DNA from: a virus
DNA length: 64,000 nucleotides
UHGV virus genome: UHGV-1362809
Strand: one strand, 5' to 3'
Shown: positions 48,732-57,936 of the stretch, piece after piece
How positions within the stretch are numbered: position 1 is the first letter of the stretch
Layout: every line of letters starts with the position of its first letter
The notes under the pieces: model-generated
What the model was told of the DNA's origin: nothing
The model's database searches: none
The model's input: the letters and a program-made list of their open reading frames with translations, nothing else
Position numbers and translations under genes: made by a program

Positions 48732-49909
48732 GCTGCACTCGTTGAAGTATTACTATAATATAAATAGGGAGCTACACTCATACATCCCTCTACAATACAT
48801 TTTTTAAGTTTCCTTATTTCCATTCTTTCGTACAAATAGTAGGATAGCCACTCCACCATTAAAAATCCAGTAATTTGATTGTTATTTATGATAGGGTAGG
48901 CTACTATAAACTCCGAGCCATCTTTTGATAATAGATGCTTAAATTCCAAGATGCAGTCTTCTACTTTCTTTTCAAACATTTGCTTGGACGAAATAGAATG
49001 AATAATATCTGAAATCATACTCGTATACTTGTAATTTATATCGCAAGTACCTTTTCTAACTCCAGGACATGCTGCTTCATACACTACGCTAAACATTCCA
49101 TCAAATACGGTCTTTTTGTAATCGTGAAATGCAATAACTCTAGCTCTGCTTGCTTTGCAACGATGTATTAAGTCTTCTAATATAATTTCTACCTTTGGCG
49201 TATACGATATATCAGGAGGTAAATACTTCTTTGTTATACCGTCAATCGCACCAAGTACAAAATTTTTGTACACCAAACCTCTTAAATCCCCGTTAAGAGA
49301 AAGAACAGTTTTTGGCATATCAGTAATTAACAAATCATAATAAGTAGATAAGTAATTTAAGGTTATGTATATTTTGTCAATAACTGACAAAGGAAGACTG
49401 GACTGTATTAAGGACGTTATATTTTGATTTATATAAGATTGGTTCAACTGATTTACTGTGCTAAACTTTTTTAGAAAAGCATCCGGAATACCAATGTTTT
49501 TACATTCTTCCCATTGACCAGCATGTATTTGTTGCAAGGTATGGGTAATTCGTTCCTTCAAAGTATCAATAGTCCATTCAGAAAAGTCTTCTACTAACCA
49601 TTTTTTGAAACACTCATAGGCAACCTTATACTGTATCTGTAACAAGTCAGTAGCAATAATAAGCTTACCTTTATCTACGTCAGCAATCATACATATTGGA
49701 GGGTGTTCAGACCTATACTGTAAATCTTTAAAAAACTGATGATTTTTAATATCTTTTTCTGTTTTGTATTGTTTTTTACGAGTAATTAAGGAAAGGATAT
49801 CGCTAAAATGCGTGTGCAACATCCATAATGTCCATAATAACAATAACACCATTAAGGCGGTAAGGGACTTTGTTATATCTCCCCATATTAACGTGTACAA
49901 CGCTTCCAT
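48728..49909 (-). CDS. Single-pass membrane protein in the lysis cassette (393 aa)
   Basis: Revised start MEALYTLIW... with AAGGAAG 8 nt upstream. The N-terminal TM is LTALMVLLLLWTLWMLH. It overlaps the endolysin start by 4 nt. Confidence 0.45.
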   Translation of the reverse strand: MEALYTLIWGDITKSLTALMVLLLLWTLWMLHTHFSDILSLITRKKQYKTEKDIKNHQFFKDLQYRSEHPPICMIADVDKGKLIIATDLLQIQYKVAYECFKKWLVEDFSEWTIDTLKERITHTLQQIHAGQWEECKNIGIPDAFLKKFSTVNQLNQSYINQNITSLIQSSLPLSVIDKIYITLNYLSTYYDLLITDMPKTVLSLNGDLRGLVYKNFVLGAIDGITKKYLPPDISYTPKVEIILEDLIHRCKASRARVIAFHDYKKTVFDGMFSVVYEAACPGVRKGTCDINYKYTSMISDIIHSISSKQMFEKKVEDCILEFKHLLSKDGSEFIVAYPIINNNQITGFLMVEWLSYYLYERMEIRKLKKCIVEGCMSVAPYLYYSNTSTSAA

Positions 49910-49995
49910 AAAAATCACTTCCTTTCTTGTCAGGGGTCTAACCCCACTCGGGCAAAATGAGTTAGACCCCTGATTTGCGGCTATTAACCACAAAC

Positions 49996-50283
49996 TTAAT
50001 TTTGCAGCTGCTGTAAAATTTTACTTATTGAATCTACATAAACGTCCACGTCTCCAACCCATAGTACCAAGTTTTTAAAGTCCTGTTCTTTAAAGATATA
50101 AGTATGAGTTTTTGGATCGTACTGTATATTTATTTCCTTTACAAGAATGGGAGAAGGTTTTAAAATAGGAGGATAAGAACAAACCTTTGTAATTTTTACA
50201 GGTTCAGGAATTGTTTTGGACGTTGAGCATCCTACTATTAAACAAGTTAATAAGGTCATTACTATTAGATTTAACCACTTCAT
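49996..50283 (-). CDS. o-spanin (outer-membrane lipoprotein, Rz1-like)
   Basis: MKWLNLIVMTLLTCLIVGCSTS gives a signal peptide plus lipobox (LIVGC). Pro-rich mature part. Overlaps the i-spanin by 80 nt. Confidence 0.6.
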   Translation of the reverse strand: MKWLNLIVMTLLTCLIVGCSTSKTIPEPVKITKVCSYPPILKPSPILVKEINIQYDPKTHTYIFKEQDFKNLVLWVGDVDVYVDSISKILQQLQN

Positions 50284-50569
50284 TTGTTTTGTCCTTTTTA
50301 ACTTTTTGGCTATCGGATATTATTTTGTTAAGAGCATTACACTTATTAAGGTTCTTTTCATATTCAGTTTGAGCTTCTTTAATTGTATCTTCTAACGTTT
50401 TATTATTAGACTCTAAAACTGATTTTTCAGTAATTAAATTTTTATTTTGAAGTTCTAACTTTGCGATGTCATTTTTTAAAGAATAAATCCAAAATATTAT
50501 ACCTGCTATGAGTACAATACCTCCTAACAAGTAATACTTTTCTAAACTAAAATAATTCAACTGAACCAA
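50204..50569 (-). CDS. i-spanin (Rz-like: N-terminal TM plus coiled coil)
   Basis: LLGGIVLIAGIIFWIYSL is the TM segment, followed by a heptad-rich segment. The start codon appears to be TTG, and the start is uncertain. Confidence 0.5.
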   Translation of the reverse strand: MVQLNYFSLEKYYLLGGIVLIAGIIFWIYSLKNDIAKLELQNKNLITEKSVLESNNKTLEDTIKEAQTEYEKNLNKCNALNKIISDSQKVKKDKTNEVVKSNSNDLINLFNSRMLNVQNNS

Positions 50570-51240
50570 CTCCTAAAATCAGTAGCTTTTCTAAGTGTGT
50601 CATTAAGTCTTTGTATTGACACCCAGTCACAGCTAAAAGAAGCAGATAAAACTATTCTACCACTATTGGCACTACTATATGAATAACCCTGTGTGGTTTC
50701 TGGATAGCACTCCCACATTGAAAACAAAATGCGTTTAAACCCATCCTCATCGTAGGCATATACTCTAATAGGTTTTTTGTACTGTACTGGCAAACCATAG
50801 TCACCGTTGTCGTTCACTATTGCTTGTTTCCAAAGATTTAGATAATTTGTAACATTGTAGTTACGATCTTCATAAAATTGAATACTAAAACTTTGTACAT
50901 TTACCCTGCCCGGAAAGTTTAAATCTCTACCACTATACTTACGAGGATTCGAGGAAACTGTAACTTGAGGAATATCAATACCTTGCACAAACAAACCCAT
51001 ATCAGAAGTTTCTTTTATTAATTTAGACCCCCAACCTGAAATATTAGAGGAAGGAGTGTTCAAAACTTTAGGAAACTGTGGTAGGACAACCCTGTAATGC
51101 CAATCTTGTGCGGGAGCCGCCAAACCTTGGACATCATACATTGTGTATGGAGTTCTAAGTTTACTAGATATTGCATTAGACACAACCCCAGCTACATTAT
51201 TTAACTGGTCGGTAAGAACCCCTTTAATATTTATAGCCAT
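50557..51240 (-). CDS. Hypothetical protein (227 aa after start revision)
   Basis: The internal ATG (MAINIKGV) at 51240 has AAGGA 8 nt upstream. The listed start at 51282 lacks an RBS. Confidence 0.45.
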   Translation of the reverse strand: MAINIKGVLTDQLNNVAGVVSNAISSKLRTPYTMYDVQGLAAPAQDWHYRVVLPQFPKVLNTPSSNISGWGSKLIKETSDMGLFVQGIDIPQVTVSSNPRKYSGRDLNFPGRVNVQSFSIQFYEDRNYNVTNYLNLWKQAIVNDNGDYGLPVQYKKPIRVYAYDEDGFKRILFSMWECYPETTQGYSYSSANSGRIVLSASFSCDWVSIQRLNDTLRKATDFRSWFS

Positions 51241-51273
51241 TGTTGTAATCCTTATATTCACACTTTGTTTATA

Positions 51274-51305
51274 TATATACAAAATTATTGATAATTTTGT
51301 ATATA
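51274..51305. promoter_or_regulatory. Perfect 15-bp inverted repeat (TATATACAAAATTAT-tg-ATAATTTTGTATATA) in a divergent intergenic region: candidate operator or divergent promoter element
   Basis: Seen directly in the sequence. It lies between the start of 50557..51240 (-) and the RuvC-like gene (+, GAGGTG RBS at 51310). A TATAAAT -10-like element overlaps its 3' arm. Confidence 0.5.
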
Positions 51306-51323
51306 AATCGAGGTGTGATTATT

Positions 51324-51845
51324 ATGGCAAAAATAACAATTTCATTAGATCCTGGATTAGTTAATTCAGCAGTTGTTGTGCTAGACTATAAAAAACGCAA
51401 AGTTATCAAACAACAAATGGTTCCCGTGGCTATAACCAAATTAACAAAAGAAGAAAATGACGAACAATATCCCAAGTTTGTAAAGTATTGGGATAGATTA
51501 TTTAAAAAATACAAGCCTACAAAGTTTATATGTGAAAGATTCCAAAACAGAGGATTTAGAGGTGGTCAATCTATTTGTGAATGTGTCAATGTAATGTTGG
51601 GGACTATGCAACATATAGCGTACACACAAAAAATTGATGTAACTTTTCCAACTGCGGCTATTTGGAAAAATAAAGTAAATAGAAGTTTTTCCTTAGAAAA
51701 ATTATATGACAAGGGAAAAGAATACAAGGTACCTCCTCATAAAATTGATTCCTTATGTATGAATTTATACCTAAATGAATATGACTTTGGTAAATTCAAA
51801 AATAAAAACGAACAGATGTTCTGGATACGTCAACTGATGGACTAA
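51324..51845 (+). CDS. RuvC-like Holliday-junction resolvase
   Basis: MAKITISLDPGLVNSAVVVLD resembles the RuvC N-terminal LGIDPG..tG.gVi motif. KFICERFQNRGFRGGQS resembles YFAIEQVF...GQARG. HKIDSLCMNLY resembles the DAADALAIA motif. The start is moved to the ATG at 51324, which has a GAGGTG SD. Confidence 0.55.
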   Translation: MAKITISLDPGLVNSAVVVLDYKKRKVIKQQMVPVAITKLTKEENDEQYPKFVKYWDRLFKKYKPTKFICERFQNRGFRGGQSICECVNVMLGTMQHIAYTQKIDVTFPTAAIWKNKVNRSFSLEKLYDKGKEYKVPPHKIDSLCMNLYLNEYDFGKFKNKNEQMFWIRQLMD

Positions 51846-51861
51846 TTCAAAGACAAATATA

Positions 51862-51892
51862 GGGTGCGTGGAAAACCACGCACCCTTTTTTT
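51862..51892. terminator. Bidirectional intrinsic terminator
   Basis: gggtgcgtgg-AAAA-ccacgcaccc followed by TTTTTTT. It lies between the converging genes 51324..51845 (+) and 51894..52523 (-). Confidence 0.7.
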
Positions 51893-51893
51893 A

Positions 51894-52523
51894 TTATTTT
51901 GTCAGGTGTTCAAGAGCTAACTCTTTTAGGTCACTGCTACTTGACTTGCTGTCCATTATGTACTTCCAGTCATTTTCGACCAAGTGTTCACTCTGACTGT
52001 AAATGATGGAGTAGCGTTCGTCATCGGATAAGTCATCTCTGCCCAAGGCGTCTACAACCAAAGGTGAAGCCTGCAATTCTTCTAATTCACCTTGCGACAC
52101 AATTAAACTGTCCCGTTCTTTTTCCGTTGTCTTACCTGCCATAACGTCAGTATTAAACTGTACTGAATTGTGCTTATTAAGAACACGCAATTCTCTTTGG
52201 GCTTCAGGAGTTGCCAAAATACGTTCTGCATCTTCAGTTGAAAGTAGCGCAATTTCATGATTGCGAAGCATACTTCTAAATCTTGGAGAGTTTTGAATGT
52301 CATTCTTATCAGCAAAAGTTGACAAGTCAACAGGAATCCAAGTTGAAGGAACTCTCAGCAAAACACTTTCACCCGTACCCGTTTTGATAGGAATTGAAAT
52401 TGTACCTTTGATAGGTCTTTCATCAATACGGTGTACAGTATCCGATGTATTGATTACATACACAAACGGATCTTTACTGACTTTGAGCTGATTAATTGTA
52501 TAATCTGAGTATTCGAGTTTCAT
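51894..52523 (-). CDS. Hypothetical protein (209 aa)
   Basis: ORF only. Confidence 0.4.
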   Translation of the reverse strand: MKLEYSDYTINQLKVSKDPFVYVINTSDTVHRIDERPIKGTISIPIKTGTGESVLLRVPSTWIPVDLSTFADKNDIQNSPRFRSMLRNHEIALLSTEDAERILATPEAQRELRVLNKHNSVQFNTDVMAGKTTEKERDSLIVSQGELEELQASPLVVDALGRDDLSDDERYSIIYSQSEHLVENDWKYIMDSKSSSSDLKELALEHLTK

Positions 52524-52528
52524 GTTTT

Positions 52529-52885
52529 TTACCTTTCTGAAACTATTACGGAATTTTTCCGTAAAAATTGGACTTTTTCAGAAGGAAGCTTAAATAATTT
52601 TTCTGCTTTATATTTAGGATCGACTATTAAATATAACAAAGTTGAAGCCGATATATTAAATGCCTTTATAACCTCGTCATTAAGAAAGTCTCTTAGCATT
52701 ATTATAGTATTGCAAGGCTTAAAAATTCTTATCTGAACGTCCTTCAAAAATAAAGTTTGAAGGGTTTCATTTATTTTTAAACACCTCTTTAACTTCTTAA
52801 CGCCTCTTTTATAACGAAGTCTTGCACATTTTAACGAAATACCTTTGCTATAAGCTACTTCGGCTAAAAAATTACTTGGCATCAA
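52529..52885 (-). CDS. Small HTH protein resembling sigma-70 region 4
   Basis: NFLAEVAYSKGISLKCARLRYKRGVKKLK resembles L..IA..lGiS..TVKsRl.RAr..Lr. Confidence 0.3.
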   Translation of the reverse strand: MMPSNFLAEVAYSKGISLKCARLRYKRGVKKLKRCLKINETLQTLFLKDVQIRIFKPCNTIIMLRDFLNDEVIKAFNISASTLLYLIVDPKYKAEKLFKLPSEKVQFLRKNSVIVSER

Positions 52886-53909
52886 TCCACCTCCTCAATT
52901 TAATTGAAGCTATACTACAGTACTGAGCCTCTATCATCACGTCGCTATAGTCTAACCACTTTTTTATGTATGTTTTAAAACATTTAGCATAAATAGTTTT
53001 AGAATGAGGACGTAATTTATTAAGAGGTACTTTACTAAGCAACAAATCTAAATTTGGAAGTTTATCAATATAAGTTATTGTCTTAGTCTTTGTAATACTC
53101 ATATCTCCAAAAGCCCATTTCGTAAATTGTTTTCGAGGCATTGAAACATGAATTACAGGTATCACATTTTTCCACGAAAAATAAACTTGCTGGGCTAAAG
53201 AAGATTTAGGTAAAACGTACTTACCAGTTTTAATCCACTGGTGATGCAAATCCATAATTATAGGAATACCTAATTCAGCATTTACTAAATTTTGCACAGT
53301 ATAAATCTTATCATCATTTTCTACTGCTACTAAATTTAAGCACTGCGAACTAAGTAAATTCAAATTGGCTTTAAATAAGTCTATACCTCCAGATGACCCT
53401 CCAACGTGTACACAAATCGTACTTCCAAAAGGGTGAAAGGAATCCACTTCATATCCCATCCATCTATACACTTTTGTAATAGCTTCAAGGGTAAAAACTG
53501 AATTTTGCACCACTTTTGGATTCACGGAATTTAATACTACCGTCATTGGAGCGTGAAAGGTAAGTCTAATCTTTTTAGAGCGGGCATATTTTCCTAAACT
53601 TTCTAAACTGTCAAGCACCTGTTGGTCGTCTTTGAACCACCAATTAGTCCATCTATTAAAAAATCCAGGAATAATATTATTTGGAACTCTAAACAATCCG
53701 ATATTATGTTTTGCACAATATTTGACACAGTTTCTTATACATTTTATATTGTGTAAAGAAGCTGCCACAATCCAATTAACCTTACTTTCATAAGGTAATT
53801 CAGGCATTTGACTAATGTCAATCGTATTATATCTTTTTAAATACTTTTTTCCTAAAGAAGCCTTAGTAGGAAATATATAACTGTCAATGCCTAAATTCAT
53901 ATTTGTCAC
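52872..53909 (-). CDS. UV-damage endonuclease (UvdE)-like TIM-barrel nuclease
   Basis: LTFHAPMTVVLNS ... VHVGGS ... LVAVENDDKIYTVQNLVNAELGIPIIMDLHHQW matches the ENDD / iP.v.D.HH signature. Confidence 0.5.
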   Translation of the reverse strand: MTNMNLGIDSYIFPTKASLGKKYLKRYNTIDISQMPELPYESKVNWIVAASLHNIKCIRNCVKYCAKHNIGLFRVPNNIIPGFFNRWTNWWFKDDQQVLDSLESLGKYARSKKIRLTFHAPMTVVLNSVNPKVVQNSVFTLEAITKVYRWMGYEVDSFHPFGSTICVHVGGSSGGIDLFKANLNLLSSQCLNLVAVENDDKIYTVQNLVNAELGIPIIMDLHHQWIKTGKYVLPKSSLAQQVYFSWKNVIPVIHVSMPRKQFTKWAFGDMSITKTKTITYIDKLPNLDLLLSKVPLNKLRPHSKTIYAKCFKTYIKKWLDYSDVMIEAQYCSIASIKLRRWIDAK

Positions 53910-53930
53910 CTTGTTTGTTTTATACTATTA

Positions 53931-54365
53931 TTAACAAGATTCAAATACAAAGGTTTTGACACCTTTTAAACAACTTATGTTTTCTTTTGCATTTAAAGAA
54001 TTATAAAAAACTATAGATTCATTTCGTTGTTCACTACAACCTAAAAATACCTTTTCATAAGCTTTTACCAAGTGTTTTATAATAAATGTGCCAAGACCTG
54101 TTCTTCTACATTCGGGCTTAACGTATAAGGCGGAAACCCATATAAAGTCCCCAAACGGCTGTATTACTACAAACCAATCATCAGTGTAGACAAGTTTATC
54201 TCCATCTTTTATATAAACGTACTCTACTCCGCACTTTGTTTTTATTTCTAAGGTATATTCTGTAATAGAATTTTCAACAGAAACACTGTTGAAGTCCTTT
54301 ACCATTTGTACCAAGTTTGTACTATATATGTGATTATATCTATTTGAATATATTTTAGCACTCAT
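53931..54365 (-). CDS. GNAT-family N-acetyltransferase
   Basis: VKPECRRTGLGTFIIKHLVKAY resembles the acetyl-CoA-binding motif A (R/Q..G.G). Confidence 0.5.
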   Translation of the reverse strand: MSAKIYSNRYNHIYSTNLVQMVKDFNSVSVENSITEYTLEIKTKCGVEYVYIKDGDKLVYTDDWFVVIQPFGDFIWVSALYVKPECRRTGLGTFIIKHLVKAYEKVFLGCSEQRNESIVFYNSLNAKENISCLKGVKTFVFESC

Positions 54366-54398
54366 TATTAAATTCCTTATGCGCCCGAGTGCCTAATT

Positions 54399-55463
54399 TT
54401 AAACAGAACCAGTCAAAATGTCGTTAATTGCATTTTGAATGGCAGCATCTGTTGGGAAAGTAGAGGACGTTGTAGCTCCATTATCGTACACAAAAGTAAG
54501 TGCCTTTTCGCTGCTCGATGGATATGTAACTTGTATTACATCTCCTTGATTTACTTTTAAGTTTATAGCGTATCTAGCGTTTGATGCTGCACAAAATACA
54601 CAGGATTCAACACCTGTTGTGGTATTGAGCAAACTCAAACTTCCCGCATCGGTGGTAGTAACGGTAAGCTGATATGTACCACAAGAAGGAGAGGTGATTG
54701 TCTGACCAGAAACAGGTAGTTCCTCCACCTTTTTAGTAGTACTTGGGCAACTTAAATAGCTAACTTGCAGTTTACCAGAGTCAGTAAGATTTGTTAAAGA
54801 CTTAGTAACAGCATCTACCTCTACTACCTGTACCCCTGTAAACCAACGAAGTTCCACATAAATACCAGCCTCGATAGGAGTTTTAAAAGTAAGGGTATTA
54901 CCGTCTCCACTAATACTATAGTCGGAAACAGGAAGTAAAGTATTACCAACTGCCACCAACATACTTGTTGCGCTAGAACAAGGAACTTTTAAAGAAATGG
55001 AAGAAATAGGTTGGTCTGTAGCTTCTACGAATTGGTCAACAAACATACCTTGACCAACGAGTTTAGTCCATTTTGTTGCGTCAAAATCTGCTGCCGTATG
55101 TGATTCCGCACAAATGTACAATTCATTGCCAAAAGAACAATAGCTTATATCCTTAATATAGGAAACACCCTTAGTGTAAGGAAGTATATTTGTTCCAATT
55201 ATAGACCATTTAGACGAATCAAAGGTTTCCGTTGAAGTATGCGTGCTTGTACATTTGTACAAGAGTCCTTGATAAACAACGGTAGAATCATTTGCCGTAT
55301 ATTCAGTGCTACTTTTCCAATTTTTTATACCAAGGTCTAAGGCAAGGTTACCAGTAGAGTCAGGAGCAATACTATTGATAGTTTTTACGCACCCTGTATA
55401 TGGAATTAGGTAATTACCACTGGTGTCCTTTAATATAACATTCTTTGCTGTGTAATTAGGCAT
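54399..55463 (-). CDS. Fibre-like virion protein (354 aa, S/T-rich)
   Basis: Composition and position. Confidence 0.35.
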   Translation of the reverse strand: MPNYTAKNVILKDTSGNYLIPYTGCVKTINSIAPDSTGNLALDLGIKNWKSSTEYTANDSTVVYQGLLYKCTSTHTSTETFDSSKWSIIGTNILPYTKGVSYIKDISYCSFGNELYICAESHTAADFDATKWTKLVGQGMFVDQFVEATDQPISSISLKVPCSSATSMLVAVGNTLLPVSDYSISGDGNTLTFKTPIEAGIYVELRWFTGVQVVEVDAVTKSLTNLTDSGKLQVSYLSCPSTTKKVEELPVSGQTITSPSCGTYQLTVTTTDAGSLSLLNTTTGVESCVFCAASNARYAINLKVNQGDVIQVTYPSSSEKALTFVYDNGATTSSTFPTDAAIQNAINDILTGSV

Positions 55464-55505
55464 AGTAACTTCTTTCTTCTACTGGTAACATATTAGTTAG
55501 GCTAA

Positions 55506-56150
55506 TTAAACGAACGTAATACCGTCGGTGATTCCGTACCCTGCCAAAGTCGTAGCTTTATCAGCTTTAGTTGCCAAGGCAGTATTCATAGCTTCAACAG
55601 TAGCAGTAACAGCAGTATCAATGGAAACGGTGTTTCCTTCAATTTTGATACCGTCGCCAGCTTTATAAACGTCAACCAAGTCAGAAACCAAAATATAAAT
55701 ATGTTGGTCGTCTACATTAGCTAGCAACAAGTCAATGTATTTATCACCTACTTTGTAACCAACAACGGGTTTATCAGCTTCTGCGCAGGTTTTGACATCG
55801 CCGGACTGAACAACCATATCCTTAGGAATATTGATTGCTTCACCAATGTTTTCCCCATCTTTCTTCAGATGGTAGGAAGCAGAATAGCCTGTGGTAGCTG
55901 TTTCGTCTTTAGCAATAGTATATTCAGCAGCTGCTGGTAGAGTAATATCTACAGCTTTATCGGCAACGGATAATTCAACACCATTAAGAGAAATTTTCTC
56001 AATTTTGTTTACCTGAGCGCCTGCTTCAACTGTCCCTAAGGACTCGTTTTTATCGTTGTAAACGATAGCAGCTTTTGTTTTGACAAAAAGGTTATTACCT
56101 TGCATGTCTTGAAGTTGGACATTTTTATCTGTCATGTTTTTATTCTCCAA
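55506..56150 (-). CDS. Virion protein (214 aa)
   Basis: Position. Confidence 0.35.
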   Translation of the reverse strand: MENKNMTDKNVQLQDMQGNNLFVKTKAAIVYNDKNESLGTVEAGAQVNKIEKISLNGVELSVADKAVDITLPAAAEYTIAKDETATTGYSASYHLKKDGENIGEAINIPKDMVVQSGDVKTCAEADKPVVGYKVGDKYIDLLLANVDDQHIYILVSDLVDVYKAGDGIKIEGNTVSIDTAVTATVEAMNTALATKADKATTLAGYGITDGITFV

Positions 56151-56163
56151 TTATAATTGGACA

Positions 56164-57783
56164 TTATAGGGTGATGATTGTGTCACTACCCAAGTATTCA
56201 AAGGTTAAATCGCCCATAACTCTTTTAACCTTCCATACAACGGAGCCATCCGTTATATCACTATCTACAGTAACTTTGTGTGTATCTAGCACCAAATCAC
56301 TTGTAGTGCCCGATTGTGTACATTCTAGGATGATACCTGTTTGATACGCACAACTAACTGTATCACCTATAGAATAGCTTGTATTTAATTTTCTAAAATT
56401 GTTTATGTTAGCAATATTACTTGGTGAAATACAGGCATTATCAATAGAGGAATTAGTCTCCTCTAACTCTGATGCCATATTTAAACTTAATGTATCACCT
56501 TGTAGTAATAGTGCTGAGTTTTCTTGTACTGATAATACATTTTGCTTAGTGTCGAGAGCAGTTTTAATACCTTTCTCGTTTACCAAGTTTGTAGACTCAC
56601 CAGTAACAGAATCTAATATATACTTAGAGTTTATATCAGTAAGGTCTAACGTACCAGTACCGATTCCCAAAGTACCATCTGTGGAAACCGTTACTTTTTC
56701 ACCTTGTTTAACTACCCCAAGATCATTAGAAGCGGTAAAAACACTAAGAGTGCTATCTTGTAAGTTTAAAGGAATTTGTACTGATAGTGTATCTTGTTTA
56801 GTATCAAGAGCAGCCTTAATACCCTTTTCATTTACCAAGTTTGTGGACTCACCAGTAACGGAGTCCAGTATATACTTAGAGTTTATATCTGTTAAATCAA
56901 GGGTATTTTGTACGATGGTTAAAGAGCCATCTTCTTGAATAGATACTTTATCACCATTCTTAACCACACCAAGAGTATCGGAACCTTTATTAACACCGAT
57001 TGTTACTCCATCAGCATCAATAGTAATTGGTAAGGTACTCTTAATTATATCTTGTTTAGTATCAAGGGCAGTTTTAATACCTTTCTCGCTGACTAAATTC
57101 GTAGAATCACCAGTAACGGAGTCTAATATGTACTTAGAGTTTATATCAGTAAGGTCCAGTGAATCAGTAACTACATTTAAAGAACCGTCTGCGTCAACAG
57201 TTATCTTGGAACCACGTTTAACTACACCAAGACTATCAGCGGCAGTATTTACTCCAATAGTATTATTTTCTAAAGTAATAGGAGCAACTACCGATAATAA
57301 ATCCTGTTTTTTAGCTAGTTCTTCTTTAACCGCATTTGAAACTGGTTTTTCTAAGTCCGACGTATTGTCAACATTTCCCAACCCTATATCGGCTTTATTT
57401 AACTCGACAACACCTGTCTTACCATTAACCGAAATTACTTGTCCAGGAGTCAGCAATTCTTGCCAGTTAGCCAAAACGGAGGCAGGTTCCGATTTCAAAA
57501 TAAAGGACTTAGTTAGATCTGTACGAATCGCTATGTCCCCTACTTCTACTTTCAATGCAAGCATTTCTTCCTGACTATCGACAACAAAAGTGTTTGAAAT
57601 CGCAATAGCAGGAACCTGCTCTGGCAATAATTTACCATCGTCTCCCAAAGTAGCTACTTTTTCGAGTTTGGTGGTAAGATTTATTTCAGGTGAAGTACCA
57701 GTCACAATAACTTGGTCAGAAGTCGTGACAGGGAGTAATCGATCCTTGAATACGTCCCTTAATGTTATATTCTTATCTGCCAT
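56164..57783 (-). CDS. Fibre or decoration protein with three tandem ~84-86-aa repeats
   Basis: LDLTDINSKYILDSVTG(D/E)STNLV(S/N)EKGIK(T/A)ALDTKQ occurs three times, starting at residues 209, 295 and 379. Confidence 0.5.
   Translation of the reverse strand: MADKNITLRDVFKDRLLPVTTSDQVIVTGTSPEINLTTKLEKVATLGDDGKLLPEQVPAIAISNTFVVDSQEEMLALKVEVGDIAIRTDLTKSFILKSEPASVLANWQELLTPGQVISVNGKTGVVELNKADIGLGNVDNTSDLEKPVSNAVKEELAKKQDLLSVVAPITLENNTIGVNTAADSLGVVKRGSKITVDADGSLNVVTDSLDLTDINSKYILDSVTGDSTNLVSEKGIKTALDTKQDIIKSTLPITIDADGVTIGVNKGSDTLGVVKNGDKVSIQEDGSLTIVQNTLDLTDINSKYILDSVTGESTNLVNEKGIKAALDTKQDTLSVQIPLNLQDSTLSVFTASNDLGVVKQGEKVTVSTDGTLGIGTGTLDLTDINSKYILDSVTGESTNLVNEKGIKTALDTKQNVLSVQENSALLLQGDTLSLNMASELEETNSSIDNACISPSNIANINNFRKLNTSYSIGDTVSCAYQTGIILECTQSGTTSDLVLDTHKVTVDSDITDGSVVWKVKRVMGDLTFEYLGSDTIITL
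56464..57306. repeat. In-frame tandem repeat, ~252-258 bp unit, three copies plus a partial one
   Basis: The block agagtttatatc.gt.a..tc occurs near 56623, 56877 and 57133, with extended near-identical flanks. Confidence 0.8.
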
Positions 57784-57936
57784 AGTATTTTCCCTTATAA
57801 CACATACTTAGTCCAGTCATCTTCTCCGAACCACAATACCCGATATATACATTTATTTTGTCTAAGATAGACATTATTTTGATATATTGACACATAATAG
57901 TCTACCAACAATCTTGAGTAGGCTATAGTGCAATAC

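Noticed and set aside
56464-57306. Possible CRISPR-like repeat array
   Set aside because: The repeats are ~252 bp, in-frame and coding, with no short direct repeat/spacer structure. No CRISPR array is present anywhere in the window.
56399-57574. Plus-strand ORFs 56399..56938 and 57128..57574
   Set aside because: They lie antisense to the repeat-containing fibre gene. Their internal repetition only mirrors the sense-strand repeats.
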